From contig NW_026781952.1 in NCBI RefSeq assembly GCF_031769215.1, forward strand, positions 124,001 through 188,000: DNA of 64,000 nucleotides, written 5' to 3'. Every line of letters starts with the position of its first letter. The first letter of the stretch is position 1. Below are positions 26,565 through 40,400 of this stretch, piece by piece. The translations under genes were made by a program, and so were the position numbers. Source of the DNA: Ylistrum balloti. Its lineage: Eukaryota. The notes below the pieces were generated by a model. The model searched no databases. It had not been told where the DNA came from and saw only the letters and a program-made list of their open reading frames with translations.

Positions 26565-29500
26565 ATGGCAGCAGTACTTTTCGTCAAGGTATGAAAGGAA
26601 GTATACATGTCCGATAGATCAAATATCTAGCAAATCTGAACTAACACACAGTCCTTGGTTGTAATCATTTACATTTTAATACAGTAGTTGTGCTCGTTCA
26701 TCAGACCTAACCGATGTAAAGATGATATTGTAAAGTTGACAAGACCTTGAGATCCAGGCTAAGCCTATGTGGTTGTGTAATATCATATTACTAATGAACT
26801 GTGGCAAACAATGTTTTTATGTCCATATCTCAGATATAACACTTTATGGAATTTATGATATAAATAACGTGCCTTTACCAAACAATCACGATAACATTAT
26901 TCTAGGTGCTCGTTTTTTCATGTTACGTTTTAGAATTGATACCAATCATGAATCTTCTAACGTTTTTATAGTAGTGGAAATGGAGCAAATTCTTCAAAAT
27001 CGTTCTTCTGTAAGAGTGATTCAATTTTGTTTAAATTTGATCTGAATCATCCTTGGGTGAAGTTATAACATTGCATCTAACATCCTTGGGGAAGAGGGAT
27101 GGGGCCTAAAAAGGGAAATAAGATACAAATGTTTTGAATATTTTCCTTTAGTTTAAATGAATCAGTTTCAGCAAACTGAAACAGATGAGCTATGCAGGCC
27201 CTATGGTCCTATTGTTTTAAGTCTTTGTCCCTGAAGACACACTATTTACAACTCATATCTGGGTATCCCCTTGTCAAGCATTCACCTATTTTAAGCCCTG
27301 ATACAATTGTTGTTATCATTATTTCTGGAGAAGAAGTAGATGGATCTCTTACATGTTTCATACATTACTTTCCTTTGGTCCATAGTTATTTCATGAGACT
27401 GATAAAAAAAACCGAGCAGGATGATAAGTGGCCATATTTGAATTTGACACTGAATAATTGTTATCACTATTTCTTGAGAAATACTGGATGGATCCTTCAT
27501 ATGCAAATCTCCATTGGTTCTTATTTGTGTGTTTTATATTTTGGAACTGACCAGGAAGAAAATGCCTCGTGGGTGGCTATCTGTGATTTGTCATTCAAGT
27601 TATCACAATGTGAAAAGAAAGGAAAAGATCCAATTTTTAAAGAACAGATAAAGATCAAAGAATGGTGAATGCTAAAATCCCTTCAGGAGTATCTTGTTGA
27701 AAGATATTGCATTGACATTGAAATATAACATACAGAAGAAACACTACATTGTATGTGGTAGTAGTGTCACATGTTCACTATAAAAATTGCACTGGTCAAA
27801 GTTCATAATGATTATACAGTACTTTCTGAGTTTCTGAAACAATAAACCCATGTATTAGGTAATTACACACCCATACATCATATATATGCACTGTGTTGTA
27901 GGAGTAATTGGTGAATGCAATCTTTTTTGCCAGTAATAAGCTCTTGTAGCTTTTTAGTGAGGAGAAAAGGTTTCTCCCTCAGGGCTCACAGTATTATGAC
28001 TCTGATGTTATAATGTGAAATACCTGGTAGTCAAAAGAGTAACTTGGTGACATTTTCTTGACTTCAGAATTGCCTAAAAACAGTCACATGTGGCCTGCAG
28101 CAGCGAAGCATCCAAGTTCCTCGAACTAAAACTCTTTACACTAGTTGTCCCAACTTAGCACCAACTGGACTATGGATGAGGCTTTTAAGTGTCATCAACC
28201 AGTAAGTAACAAGATGGAAACACCTACATACCAGAATGTACAGCTAAGGTAGTAGATATACTTATATACCAGAGCTAAGGTAGTAGATACACTTATATAC
28301 CAGAATGTACAGCTAAGGTAGTAGATATACTTACATGTATATACCAGAATGTACAGCTAGGGTAGTAGATATACTTATATACCAGAATGTACAGCTAAGG
28401 TAGTAGATATACTTACATGTATATACCAGAATGTACAGCTAGGGTAGTAGATATACTTATATACCAGAATGTACAGCTAGGGTAGTAGATATACTTATAT
28501 ACCAGAATGTACAGCTAGGGTAGTAGATATACTTATATACCAGAATGTACAGCTAGGGTAGTAGATATACTTATATACCAGAATGTACAGATAAGGTAGT
28601 AGATATACTTATATACCAGAATGTACAGCTAAGGTAGTAGATATACTTACATGTATATACCAGAATGTACAGCTAGGGTAGTAGATATACTTATATACCA
28701 GAATGTACAGCTAGGGTAGTAGATATACTTATATACCAGAGCTAAGATAGTAGATATACTTATATACCAGAATGTACAGCCAGGGTAGTAGGTATATGTT
28801 TGTATTACCAGATAATAGGAACCATTCTCCCTGAATCAGATTAGGTATAATATTCTCATTGACTTTTCCTGACAGTAACAATTTGCCTCCTTGATAACAA
28901 GGATAATGTTATCATAGACTTCCTTTCAATGATGATCTGTCACCATAGAGACAGGTAAAATGTTGTGACAGATTTTTCCTTACAATGACAATCTGTGTCA
29001 CAAGAGACATGCATAATGTGCTCACAGACTTTTCCTTACAGTGACTGTTGTTTTTTCCCTGTTAAGGGTGTATCCTCATCGTATTGAAGAAGTAGGACCT
29101 GACCGAGCCTGTGCAGAGTGGTTAGTGAAAAATGGTGGTGCTGTCCGATGGGTGGGAAACCCACACCAAACAGAAACTGACTACAACTTGCTTCCACAGA
29201 ATGTGACACTGAAAATTGAGGAGATCATTTGTGATGAAGCGGTTGTGCTTTCCAATGGCTTTGGATACTTAGGTAAGCTGCGAGACCCAGCTGACATACT
29301 AACATATAGCTCCTTATCAGATGGTGGGCAGTTCAAATCATCCTTTAATTATGGTCTACTATTTGTTCTAAAACAATTATTTACTATTTCTAGAAAAGCA
29401 CTGGCTGGATCATTTTCAATTTTTAGATCAGCAGAGACAAAGTCTCAGGTTGACCTACTGCAATCCAAAATTGTAAATTATATGGTCCCCAACCCCCAGG

Positions 29501-31347
29501 GGTCTCAGGGGCCAAGTCAAAAAGGGTCAAATTGATTGAAACTTCAAAAATCTTCTTCTCAAATCCCAGATATGGTAGAATCAAGTACTCTTCATGGATG
29601 GAAAGGCCTTCAGATGCTTTACCAAAATTGTAAATTTCATGACCTCAGGGTCTCACATTTCCCCCCTGGGGATGAGGTGAAGTTTACTCTGGTTTATAGG
29701 AAAATTACATTTTTGAACATTATTTATTTTCTTTTTGAAACAGTTCAAAACTGGTTAGAATTATTAGTTTAGGATGACAGTTTAATTAGATGCACATACT
29801 GACCTCGACTGACCCCAAGAGACTGTTTTGCGAGGCCAAAACTGGGTCAAATTGACTGAAATTACAAAGATGTTCTACTGTTCCTGGATGGAAGATTCTA
29901 TATAGGAAAATTCAAATCTTGAGACTAATTTCTATTGGTTGAAACTTCTTTAGAAGCCTTAGCGTGGGACAGCAGTTAATATATACACAATTTACTTTTG
30001 TTTTATGTGTACACTGCAGTTAAAGTTATATTGCTTTTTTGAACAAAATCATTTCTATGACATGTTACAAAAAGCACTGTGACTCAAGTGACCATTAAGG
30101 CCCCTTGGGCCTCTTGTTCTGTTTAGTTCCCCTTGGTCCTTAAGTTTGCACTGTTCATTTAAGGACTGATTGTGGAATTGGGAAAATAAAAATGGCTGAC
30201 AGGTGGCCATTTTGTATATTTATAGTATTAGTTAGTCTTTGTCTAAGTTTAAATATAGAAATATATTTCACTATCAACATTACCAAAACTTATAAGTTAC
30301 ACGTGATCTTCATCAAATGCTGTTGTGAACATTTGATTTCTTTTGTATATATTTATCATTTTAACGGTGATACCCCCAGTACTTATCCTTTTCTGATACA
30401 TGCTATTAATAGTCTCCTATATAAATATATGTGTATAATGTTTCAGAAGAAATGATACTGATCTACTAGGCAATTATTTATGAAATTGTACTCAATATTT
30501 TGTTTGTGTAGATTTCTAGCTAATGGTAACAATTTTATAGCAATTTGTCATCTTTTGTTTTGATTGCAATGAGTGCTGTTATTACCAACTAGCTTTAACT
30601 ACTGGTTTTCATTGAATTAATACATTGTTTACCACTGGCAAATTAAGGATTCTAAAGATTTTTTTTTAAACAGGTGGACTCAAGCATGTAAAGCGGTTTA
30701 CTCTACATAATTGTAAATTTGCGTCGGATAGGATGGTCTCCTCATTGTTTTATTTAAGAGACTCCCTGGAACACCTCCAGATCAGCAGCTGTAGGCATGT
30801 CACACAGGACGGCTTAAACAGTCTGGAAGATCTCAGGTATGTTGATGCAATATTACTCTTATGTAACTTATGTTACCTACCCAATAGTTGTATTTAACAC
30901 CTGTCCACAAAAATCACACATCCTAAAGGAATTGATAACACACTTGGTTCATATATATCCCGTAGTAATATAACATCAAGTTCTACAATGTAATAGAAGG
31001 TAAAGGTTAAAAGGGTCAAAGGTCACATTTGACAACTTCTTCAAATGTCATTAAACTATAACAACTACATAAGTGGAAGTGCAGGTATATATATATACAT
31101 ATCCTTACACCGGTAAGTGGATTTTCATCCCAGATGTAAGATGTTTGATTGTACCTGTTCAGTATCATAGTTTTTGGGTTTTTTTTTCAGGAAGTTACAA
31201 TACCTCTTACTGTTTGATTTGGAAAGTATCCGTGACAAAGCTAAATGTATTGAACAACTGAAAGAGAGGCTGCCACCTGACTGTCTCATTGAATTCCCAG
31301 ATACTCCAGTGCCTGGAACCAACAGAAAGTTAAAATCTGGCTCATGA
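26565..31347 (+). CDS. DMAC2L: ATP synthase subunit s / coupling factor B (ATP5S); 5 coding exons
   Basis: Exons 26565-26588 (MAAVLFVK), 28068-28201, 29067-29272, 30674-30836, 31191-31347 (TGA), phases 0,2,1,2. RIEEVGPDRACAEWLVKNGGAVRW matches the recalled factor B motif RIRDVGPDRAASEWLLRCGA. GLKHVKRFTLHNC, SLEHLQISSCRHVT and KLQYLLLFDL match its LRR-like C-terminus. Confidence 0.88.
28225..28800. repeat. Minisatellite, 38-bp unit (44-bp variants) ATATACCAGAATGTACAGCTAGGGTAGTAGATATACTT, just after the DMAC2L exon 2 donor
   Basis: Direct periodicity is visible across 28250-28790. Confidence 0.93.
29380..30118 (-). mobile_element. HINE-like dispersed repeat in DMAC2L intron 3
   Basis: On the minus strand it begins AACAAGAGGCCCAAGGGGCC, like the starts at 24942 and about 27215. 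The left boundary is approximate. Confidence 0.4.
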
Positions 31348-33839
31348 CAATGTTTGTGTATAGTGTGACATTTAGTGGCTTATAACATTCAGTCAGTGTA
31401 TCAGATCCACAAACTGCACCAACAGAGAGCTAAAATCTGGATCCTGAGAGTGGTTATAATATTTTGAATAAACAAGTATTTTCTTGATATAACTGACAAT
31501 TATTGCAATCAAGACGATCCCTGTAGCTTTTTAGTGTAAGTATTGACTGTAGCTTATAATGTTTTAATTGGAAAAGAGTTGACATTTTACAGAATTTGAA
31601 ATAAACTGATGTTTAATCTATTACAGTGATTCCCTTTTTTATTTTTGCTTGCGGTAAATCATATATCAAACATGATATTAACTTGCTCAATTAAAATGAA
31701 CCAGGGTCTTTTATTTTAATAAATATCATCATCATCATCATCATACCACCTTGATATCAACATTATAATGACCTTCCCAATCACATTATTATGAAGAATT
31801 TTATGAAATATTTCCACCTTGGGATACATGTATCAAGAAAGCTCTAGGTCATTTATTTGTTAAATAAACTTAACCATATTTCATCCTTGTGAAATGCTTT
31901 TTGACTTTGATTACTCTGAAGATTTCTGTTTGATTAAATACTTTCTGAAAAAGGCTCAGAGGCCAAGCTGAACATGTAATATAGATTGTAATAATCACAG
32001 AATACTTATTTTGGGTTTGGGCTGGTTTTGAATAACAAAGGGACCACATTGATCAAATTCAGCCTTACGGAAATATGCAACAGTGAATACATCATCACAA
32101 AATAAAGCAAGTTATTGCCAAATCATCCTAATTTATTTCCATCATTTGCTCCCCCCTCCTCCTCTACTGCACACAGGGCCCCCCTGCCTTCCCCCACCCC
32201 CACCTCTACTTCACACAGAGGGCAAGCCCCCACGCCCTACTTCACACAGAGGGCAAGCCCCCCCGCCCCTTCCCCAAATTCATTCCCTTTTTCGAATACA
32301 GTAAAATCACTTGTCTACATGCCTGCTTATACAATGTATAAAGTTATCATATCGTTTTCTGGTACTTCATTGCAAACGTTTCAGAAAATCTGATCATCTG
32401 ATCAAGAGAAGAAGCTCAGGACTTTTAGGGCGTTTAAAGATATTTCTTATACATGTTTGCTAACCAAAGGTTCATCTCATATACATTTATTTACCTTCAC
32501 AGATATAGCAATATTCAAATAATTGTACCTGTGCTTTTCAGGCATCCATTCAAATCAAGGCTTACATCTAGGCTTGATAACTGAGGTAAACAGTGATGGT
32601 GGTGCATGGACAATGACAGTATACAAGATGAACCCTTGGTTAGTGAAGAATTAGGATGCTGACACTTACACACTACAACTTGCTGTCTCCACAAGATGTT
32701 ACTTAAAACAAGAATATTTGGAACCAGAAGAACCAGTATTTGATCATCCTATTTCTTTTCTAAAGGAGACCTTATTTGGAAAATAAACAATAATACACAA
32801 ACATCACAATTTGGTTTTAGAATTAAAATTTCTTTTATTTGATATAACTAAATTTATAACCAAAGCATCAATAATATGAAAACCCATTATGGCACATAAC
32901 TATGTCATACAAAGAACACTATGACATTGAAGCAACATGTTCCAGTAGTTGGGTGGTATAATACTTGAAACTATGGCTGGGTGATTCATCAATCACCTTT
33001 AAGGCCAAAACTGTACAACTATACAGGTATTTTCCATGTTATATCCCACAATGAGAACAGTAAACACTGTCATCCCGCTAAAAACAGAAATTATATAGTT
33101 ACCATAACTTTGTTTTGATAATATTTTGTTCATTAAAGTTATAAAATAATGGTCTTTTAAGACAAAAACAATCAACAAGCTGACATAACAGTAGAACTAT
33201 TTCTTCAGTTCTTCAGAGAGAATCATGCGAAATAAACAAAGAAGGTGTTTTTTTTAATAAAAGGGAAACAAAAACAAAAGAATAATTTATAAGCATAAAT
33301 AACATACAAGATAATTACATTACCTACATTTTAAAAAATCCTATATTTAATATCATACATTATTTCATATCAACTATTTAAATTTTCTTTTCTATAGAAA
33401 ATTTCTGATATTACTTAATCATTTTAAATGCAAATGTAATACATACCCTCTACATTTTATCATATTTATAAAGTATCAAGTAAAGTAATAAAATATATAC
33501 TTTTTAGAATATAAATGTACACTTGTAAACTATTCAGCTGTAATAGACAATTAATACAACTATAGCTCCATACTGTTAATCTTATACATACACTATTACA
33601 GTACCACGAGACCAGAATCAGTACATCCAAACCTGTGGGTTTATACGTCAATCATAAGTACAGTAATAAAGATCAGAAACTTTATAAAATCATTTGTATC
33701 TGTTTAGTGTCATCTACCCTGGGAGTCCATCGAAACATCATTTATTGTATAACTTCTAATTCCATCTGTCGCAGAATCCATCACTTGTTAGTGAGGAAAT
33801 CCATAATACACTATTCTAAGGATGGAATAAGATCGCAGG

Positions 33840-35375
33840 CATCAGATACCTTGACAACAGATACCTTCATGACAGATACCTTGACAACAGATACCTTCAT
33901 GACAGATACCTTGACAACAGATACCTTCATGACAGATACTTGACAACAGATAGCTTGCCAACAGATACCTTGACAACAGATACCTTGAAAACAGATAGCT
34001 TGCCAACAGATACCTTGACAACAGATACCTAGACAATAACTACCTTGACAACAGATACTTTGCCAATAGATATCTTGGCAATAACTACTTTGACAGTAGA
34101 CAACAGATACTTTGACAATAGATATCTTGGCAATAACTGCTTTGACAGTAGAGATACCTTGACAACAGATACTTTGACAATAGATACTTTGACAACAGAT
34201 ACTTTGACAATAGATATCTTGGCAATAACTACTTTGACAGTAGAGATACCTTGACAACAAGATACCCTAATGGCAGATACCTTGACAACAGTAACCTAGA
34301 CAATAAACACTTTGAAAATAGATACTTTGACAATAGATATATGGACAATAATTATCTTGACAACAGATACCTTGACAACAGATACTTTGACAATAGATAA
34401 CTTGACATCAGATACCTTCATGACAGATACCTAGACAATAGATACCTTGACAACAGATACCTTGACAACAGATACTTTGACAATAGATAACTTGACATCA
34501 GATACCTTCATGACAGATACCTAGACAATAGATACCTTGACAACAGATACTTTGACAATAGATACCTGTACAACAGATACCTTGACAGTAGTTACCTAGA
34601 CAACAGATACCTTGACAATAACTACTTTGACAATAGATAACTTGACATCAGATACCTTCATGACAGATACCTAGACAATAGATACCTTGACAACAGATAC
34701 CTTGACAATAGATACCTGGACAACAGATACCTTGACAATAGATACCTTGACAACAGATACTTTGACAATAGATACCTGTACAACAGATACCTTGACAGTA
34801 GTTACCTAGACAACAGATACCTTGACAATAACTACTTTGACAATAGATAACTTGACATCAGATACCTTGACAACAGATACCTTGACAATAACTACTTTGA
34901 CAATAGATACCTTGACAACAGATACATTGACAATAGATACCTTGACAACAGATACCTTGACAATAGATACCTGGACAACAGATACCTTGACAGTAGTTAC
35001 CTAGACAACAGATACCTTGACAATAACTACTTTGACAGTAGAGATACCTTGACAACAGATACAGAGACAACAAGATACCTTGACAACAGATACCTTGACA
35101 GTAGAGATACCTTGACAACAGATACCTTGACAGTAGAGATACCTTGAAAACAAGATACCCTAACGGCAGATACCTTGACAACAGATACCTTAACAACAAG
35201 ATACCTTGACAACAGATACCTTGACAGTAGAGATACCTTGACAACAAGATACCCTAACGGCAGATATCTTGACAACAGTTACCTAGACAATAAATACTTT
35301 GACAACAGATACCTTGACAGTAAAGATACCTTGGTAAGAAGTCATCTTGACAATAACACCAATGAACATAATTAT
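33840..35375. repeat. Degenerate compound minisatellite, about 15-bp unit ACAGATACCTTGACA
   Basis: About 100 short units with variants; many frameshifting repeat ORFs appear on both strands. Confidence 0.92.
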
Positions 35376-37401
35376 ACTGTAATTGTCTATTCACTTCAGC
35401 AAGAAAAAAAAACAACTTTGCTTCAAACTTAATCCTATTAGTCCATCTATAAACTGGATGTTTGTTAGGTAAGATAATTGTAAGACCAATTTTTATAAAA
35501 TCTATATAATCACACAACAAATCTATTCCCTTTATTTCTTCAATTTGATCCTAACTCCAGAAGTTGAAATCCATGAATAAAAATACAGTTCAGCAATCTA
35601 GAATGTAATTAACAAATATAATAACTTCAAGAATAATTATATTAAATATCTTGAAAATATAACATGTCAAAGAAATGCAAGGAAAAAATCCCTCCCTCTG
35701 TAAATGATCTATCGAATACTCCATTTTTACCTTGAAAACATCAAGCTGTTGCAACAATTTTATACCTTAAGGGAAAATAGGATGAAAAGATGTATGTTCT
35801 GGAACACTCTTAAAACTGGAGCAAAATGAAAAAGAACAAAAATTAACAACAGAAAATATATAATTGTATGGTAATTGTACCTTCTGTCAGTTTTATCTTT
35901 CTCAAACCAAAAAATTGTATTCAGTGTAAATAGTTCTGATAAGCTTAAAAAGAGGTATATTATCATGAGTTTTAGAATTAGCTACAAACCATTAAAATAT
36001 GTGAAAACCTGCAGCATTACAATTTACTAACAAATTATAGTCATTGAACACACATAAACTAATACTTGTTCTGATGATGGATGGCCTAGCCATATGAAAC
36101 ATATCAACATTAATCTCAAAAACCACGGAATCCTTGGTGCTCCATTCTACTTTTAGAATATTACTGTTTCACAGATCAAAGCAAGTCGCATGGCAGTCTA
36201 CGTTAAAGTAAACTAGACAGGCTTCTACAAAACATTTAAATCACCTCCAAGTTTGAGATTCTATATTGACAGTTTACATAATATTCAGTGTAAATTTTCA
36301 AGCTCATATTATGCAAGAAAAGTTTGAGAATTCTTAGAAGTGAACATCATAATGGTATAATTTAATACTTAACACATTGATGTACTTGACTATATAACTT
36401 GTGGAGAATTATCAATGTTATTTCTTTATAAGATACATAAGTACAAAACCATGCACAGAAATGTACCCTATTTATCTAACTAGCTCACCCATGACTATAG
36501 ATGTTCATTACAATAACAACCAATGTACATCCATTGTCCTGTTTCCAAGTCCCTGACTTCTGAGTTAAACACGGTCACTGCCAACATAATGAATTCTAGG
36601 CGAACTTTCAATTTTTCCACATAAACAGGCATTGCTCTAAAAACTTTACTCCTGTTTTCTTAGTTTCCAGCTTGACGAGGAAACACTTTCTGAAAAACGT
36701 GTGATCTCCAGCTTTATTTAGAACAGTGCCCATTTGTATCAAAAATGTCAACAAAGGGAAGAGTGTGCAAAATTGTGGAGCATTAGTAGTAACACGGTGA
36801 GTTTGATTGAATTTCATTGTAAATATCAAAAACATAATGGGATAAAAAGGCTAAATATAGCTGCCTCATTCACATCTAGTCAGTCTGACCAATTTGATTG
36901 AATGAAGAATTCATGCACTTAAAGGCAATTCTCAGAAATCTTGGGAATATAGTATTCAATTACAAACATAACTATTTTTAATTCCAAAGAAAAATGAACA
37001 CTTTCTTCAGCATTCTAAAACTAGAATTAAATATTTCTAAAACTAGAATTAACTATTTCAAAAACCTCAATTGCTTCTTGTTAAACTATTTCCAGTAAGT
37101 TGGAATGAACACATATCTAATAAAACTTATTTTGACACTGGTAACCATCACCAAATTTCCTTCCCTCTAGGGGAATGTTTCGGTGGTACATGTAATCAGA
37201 AAATGAGAGGCCCCATCACTGTCAGTGATTATACAACACCTATTTTGATAGCAGCCTCTGATTCTTTTCTTCAGTATACTTGGCCTTCCTCTATTCAAGC
37301 TTGTTGTAAATGTTTCAGAGACCATCCTGTAACTTCTTGTATCAGATGTTTTGCTCTCTGTAATCAACATCTACTGAATGCTGTTCATGTTTTGCTGATG
37401 T

Positions 37402-40400
37402 CTACAATACTACTGGTGTCTGATGTCCAACCCTCTGAAGTAAACGCTGTCTCTCTCGATTCATGCTTGTTGTAAATGTTTCTTGTTGATGATACCGGAA
37501 CACTTTCAAAAAGGCAAAAATTGTCAATAACAGCCAGCAAATCCATAACATCCAACCACCAAACTGGAAAAAATACACAAAAAGAGATGGTTATTAATTA
37601 CATCATCAAGTTGTTGATCATTTCGTCTAATTATCAAGCTTTGATGAAAATAAACTCAGATGCCATTGTTTGGTTAAGGCATCATTAGAACCAGAACTAT
37701 TCCCAAAAATTATTAAATATCCAGACATCAGTAAAGATGGTTTACTGAGTTTACAGAGTTGGAGGTCCCCCGCCCACCACATCAGAACACTGGCGTTTGC
37801 TGCCGAGACAACCTTTAGCTATATGAAGAGTCACAGAGACAGAAAATCTGTAATTTATCAATTAAACATTGCTTGTGTCTTGATCCTACCTGGTATTACC
37901 TTCGTCAGTGAAAATAAAAGTATCACTGGTAAATCATATACTGGTAGATTATTATCAGGTTTGTGTGTTACCATGTCCCATTACAATGTGTGAAATACAT
38001 ATAACTACCTGTGCCAGAGTCATTTCTGTGTAAAAATTTCGTGTATCCACTTGTGTACTTTTGTCTGTAAACTGGATGTAATCTCCAAACTCGCACCTGC
38101 AGAAAAAATTAAAGTAATTTAGACTACTAAGATTGATTACTGTCTTTTCACCCAGAAGCTGTATCACCAACCATTAAGAATCATGGTCCAATGAGCCTGC
38201 ATTGATCAGCTGATATTCAATATGCTATTCACAAATAGATTAACATTTCACATCATTGACATTCAAATCTCAGTTAATGAGAAAAAGTCATCTTCATTCT
38301 TTAACAAATTTGACCTCTGTGAATTGAGATATATGAGCCAAGGTCATTTCTTTTTGTGAACCATGTTGGGCTTCATGTCAAGAACCTTACAGCCAAATGC
38401 GATAAATCTAGGGCATCTGGTTACTGAATAGAGCTCACTTCAAGTTTTTCACAAATTTGACTTCTGTGACCTCAAATACCGGTCAAAGTCAATTTTTCTC
38501 ACAAAATTTTTCTGACTTCATCCCAGGAACTTATTTGCCAAATATAATGATTATAGGTTTGGTTATTGAAAAGAAGTTGTTTGGGCCAGGTGAACTAAAA
38601 TTGTTCAGGATGACAAATCAAACAGGTAAAGGCAGGTGTTAATAAACTCTCTCCTGCCCTTCTATATATATATATATACCCATCATCACAGGTTATTATC
38701 CATTTCTGGTTTTTTTTGGCTGACAACTGGAAGTCAGTTATTAAATTTCAGATGTCAAATAGACAAAATTTCAGCTGTCATCCGTATAAAGTTGGCAGTA
38801 ACACATTGGACAGACAGACAGATGTCAAGTAGATAGAAAATTTCAGTTGTCGTCCGTATAAAGTTGGCAGTAACACGTTGGACAGACAGACAGATGTCAA
38901 GTAGATAGAAAATTTCATCATTATAAACATGGCAGTAACACTTCAGACAGAAAGATAGACTTTGTACATAAATGCATGCAGACATTGGACAAATATATAA
39001 AATCATATATATCATATGTTTTCAAGGAGTTCAATTTTAGCGGTTTTTCAAAAGATTGCTTTTTCATAGGAACTTGATTTTGTGGAAAAATATAGCTCCA
39101 TAAATGTATGTATGCTTATCTTAACTTTTTGATACTATGACTTCATGAACTGAGAGTAACAATGAAGTCAATGCCGAATAAAAAAAAATCCACAAAAATT
39201 TTACATTAAAGAGTTTGTATAAATTGACAATCTTTGTACAGATAGACATTGAACAGGTAAACAGTGTTGTCACTGTGAGCTGGGGGAATTATAATATCGG
39301 TGGTGAAATGGTACAGCCTGCCACAAACAACCCATCAGCCACGTTTTTTTTTTTTCCATCAACTAACTTTATTAACCTCAATAGAAAAGAGTTCCAAAAT
39401 TGGAGTTGCGTCCCCTGGACCCGTGGGTCATGCCAACTTACCTACCCAACACCCCAATACACAACATGCCCCCCCCTCAAAAATAAAAATTGGCACAATT
39501 TTTACATGGGTAGGAAGTGACATGAAATACAGGATCCAGGTTCGAACAAAAATTTACATAATATTTTATTTTCAAAAGAGTGGTTCAGGAAATGAACTGA
39601 GACATGACACCCGGAAGTCCTCAAGTACATATGAGTATTAAAGATTCATCGACTACCAAATATGCATCACCAACATAATTTCCATCACATTCACACACAC
39701 TAACATTTTCCATGGTACCAATTGGAACTTTCTTACACTCTAACTTACAGGAAATAATGTTAATGAGGGCTAATGTAAGCAAACTGCTAGGTTTTTTTTT
39801 TTTTTTTTTTTAAAAAAAGATTAGAAAATGTATAGGAAATCCAGATATCATGGCAAAGTACAAACAGAAGTCAATTTATATTTGATAATTGAAAAGTAAT
39901 AACACTTTTTAACAAAGCAACTGTTCTAAACATGGAAATATTACATTGAATAATGAATGTATATCATGAAGTTGTAAATCACAAGTAAACATGCAAGGCA
40001 TATGGGCACTATACTTGATTAATATCAGCCAATCATATGAGCATATGTAAATTCTTATATCATTCAAATGATGAAAATACAGTCTATCAAGCTCGCTGTG
40101 GCTATATTCAATTAATCACAAACTTAGCAAACACTTGCAGTTATATGACTTAAATTGTAACTTCAGACATTTCATAATTTCACATTAATTCAGCAAGGCC
40201 TTGACCTCAAACAATGTCAAAACATTGAGTTATATCAATCAATACAAGCTTATAAGCAAAGTTTAGGTAAGTTACGAGACTCGAAAATTGTATCCATGTG
40301 TTTTTCATCCATGAATTCCATCACACATTACAGTTATTGAAATTTGAATAATTCAATCAATGAAAATTATTCCATAACAGAAGGAATGAATATAAAGCAT

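Noticed and set aside
33811-35432. Thr-rich (TTDTLT) and Cys-rich (QGICC) ORFs resembling ice-binding or metallothionein-like proteins
   Set aside because: They come from a degenerate 15-bp repeat, are open in short pieces on both strands with frequent frameshifts, and have no start or splice framework.
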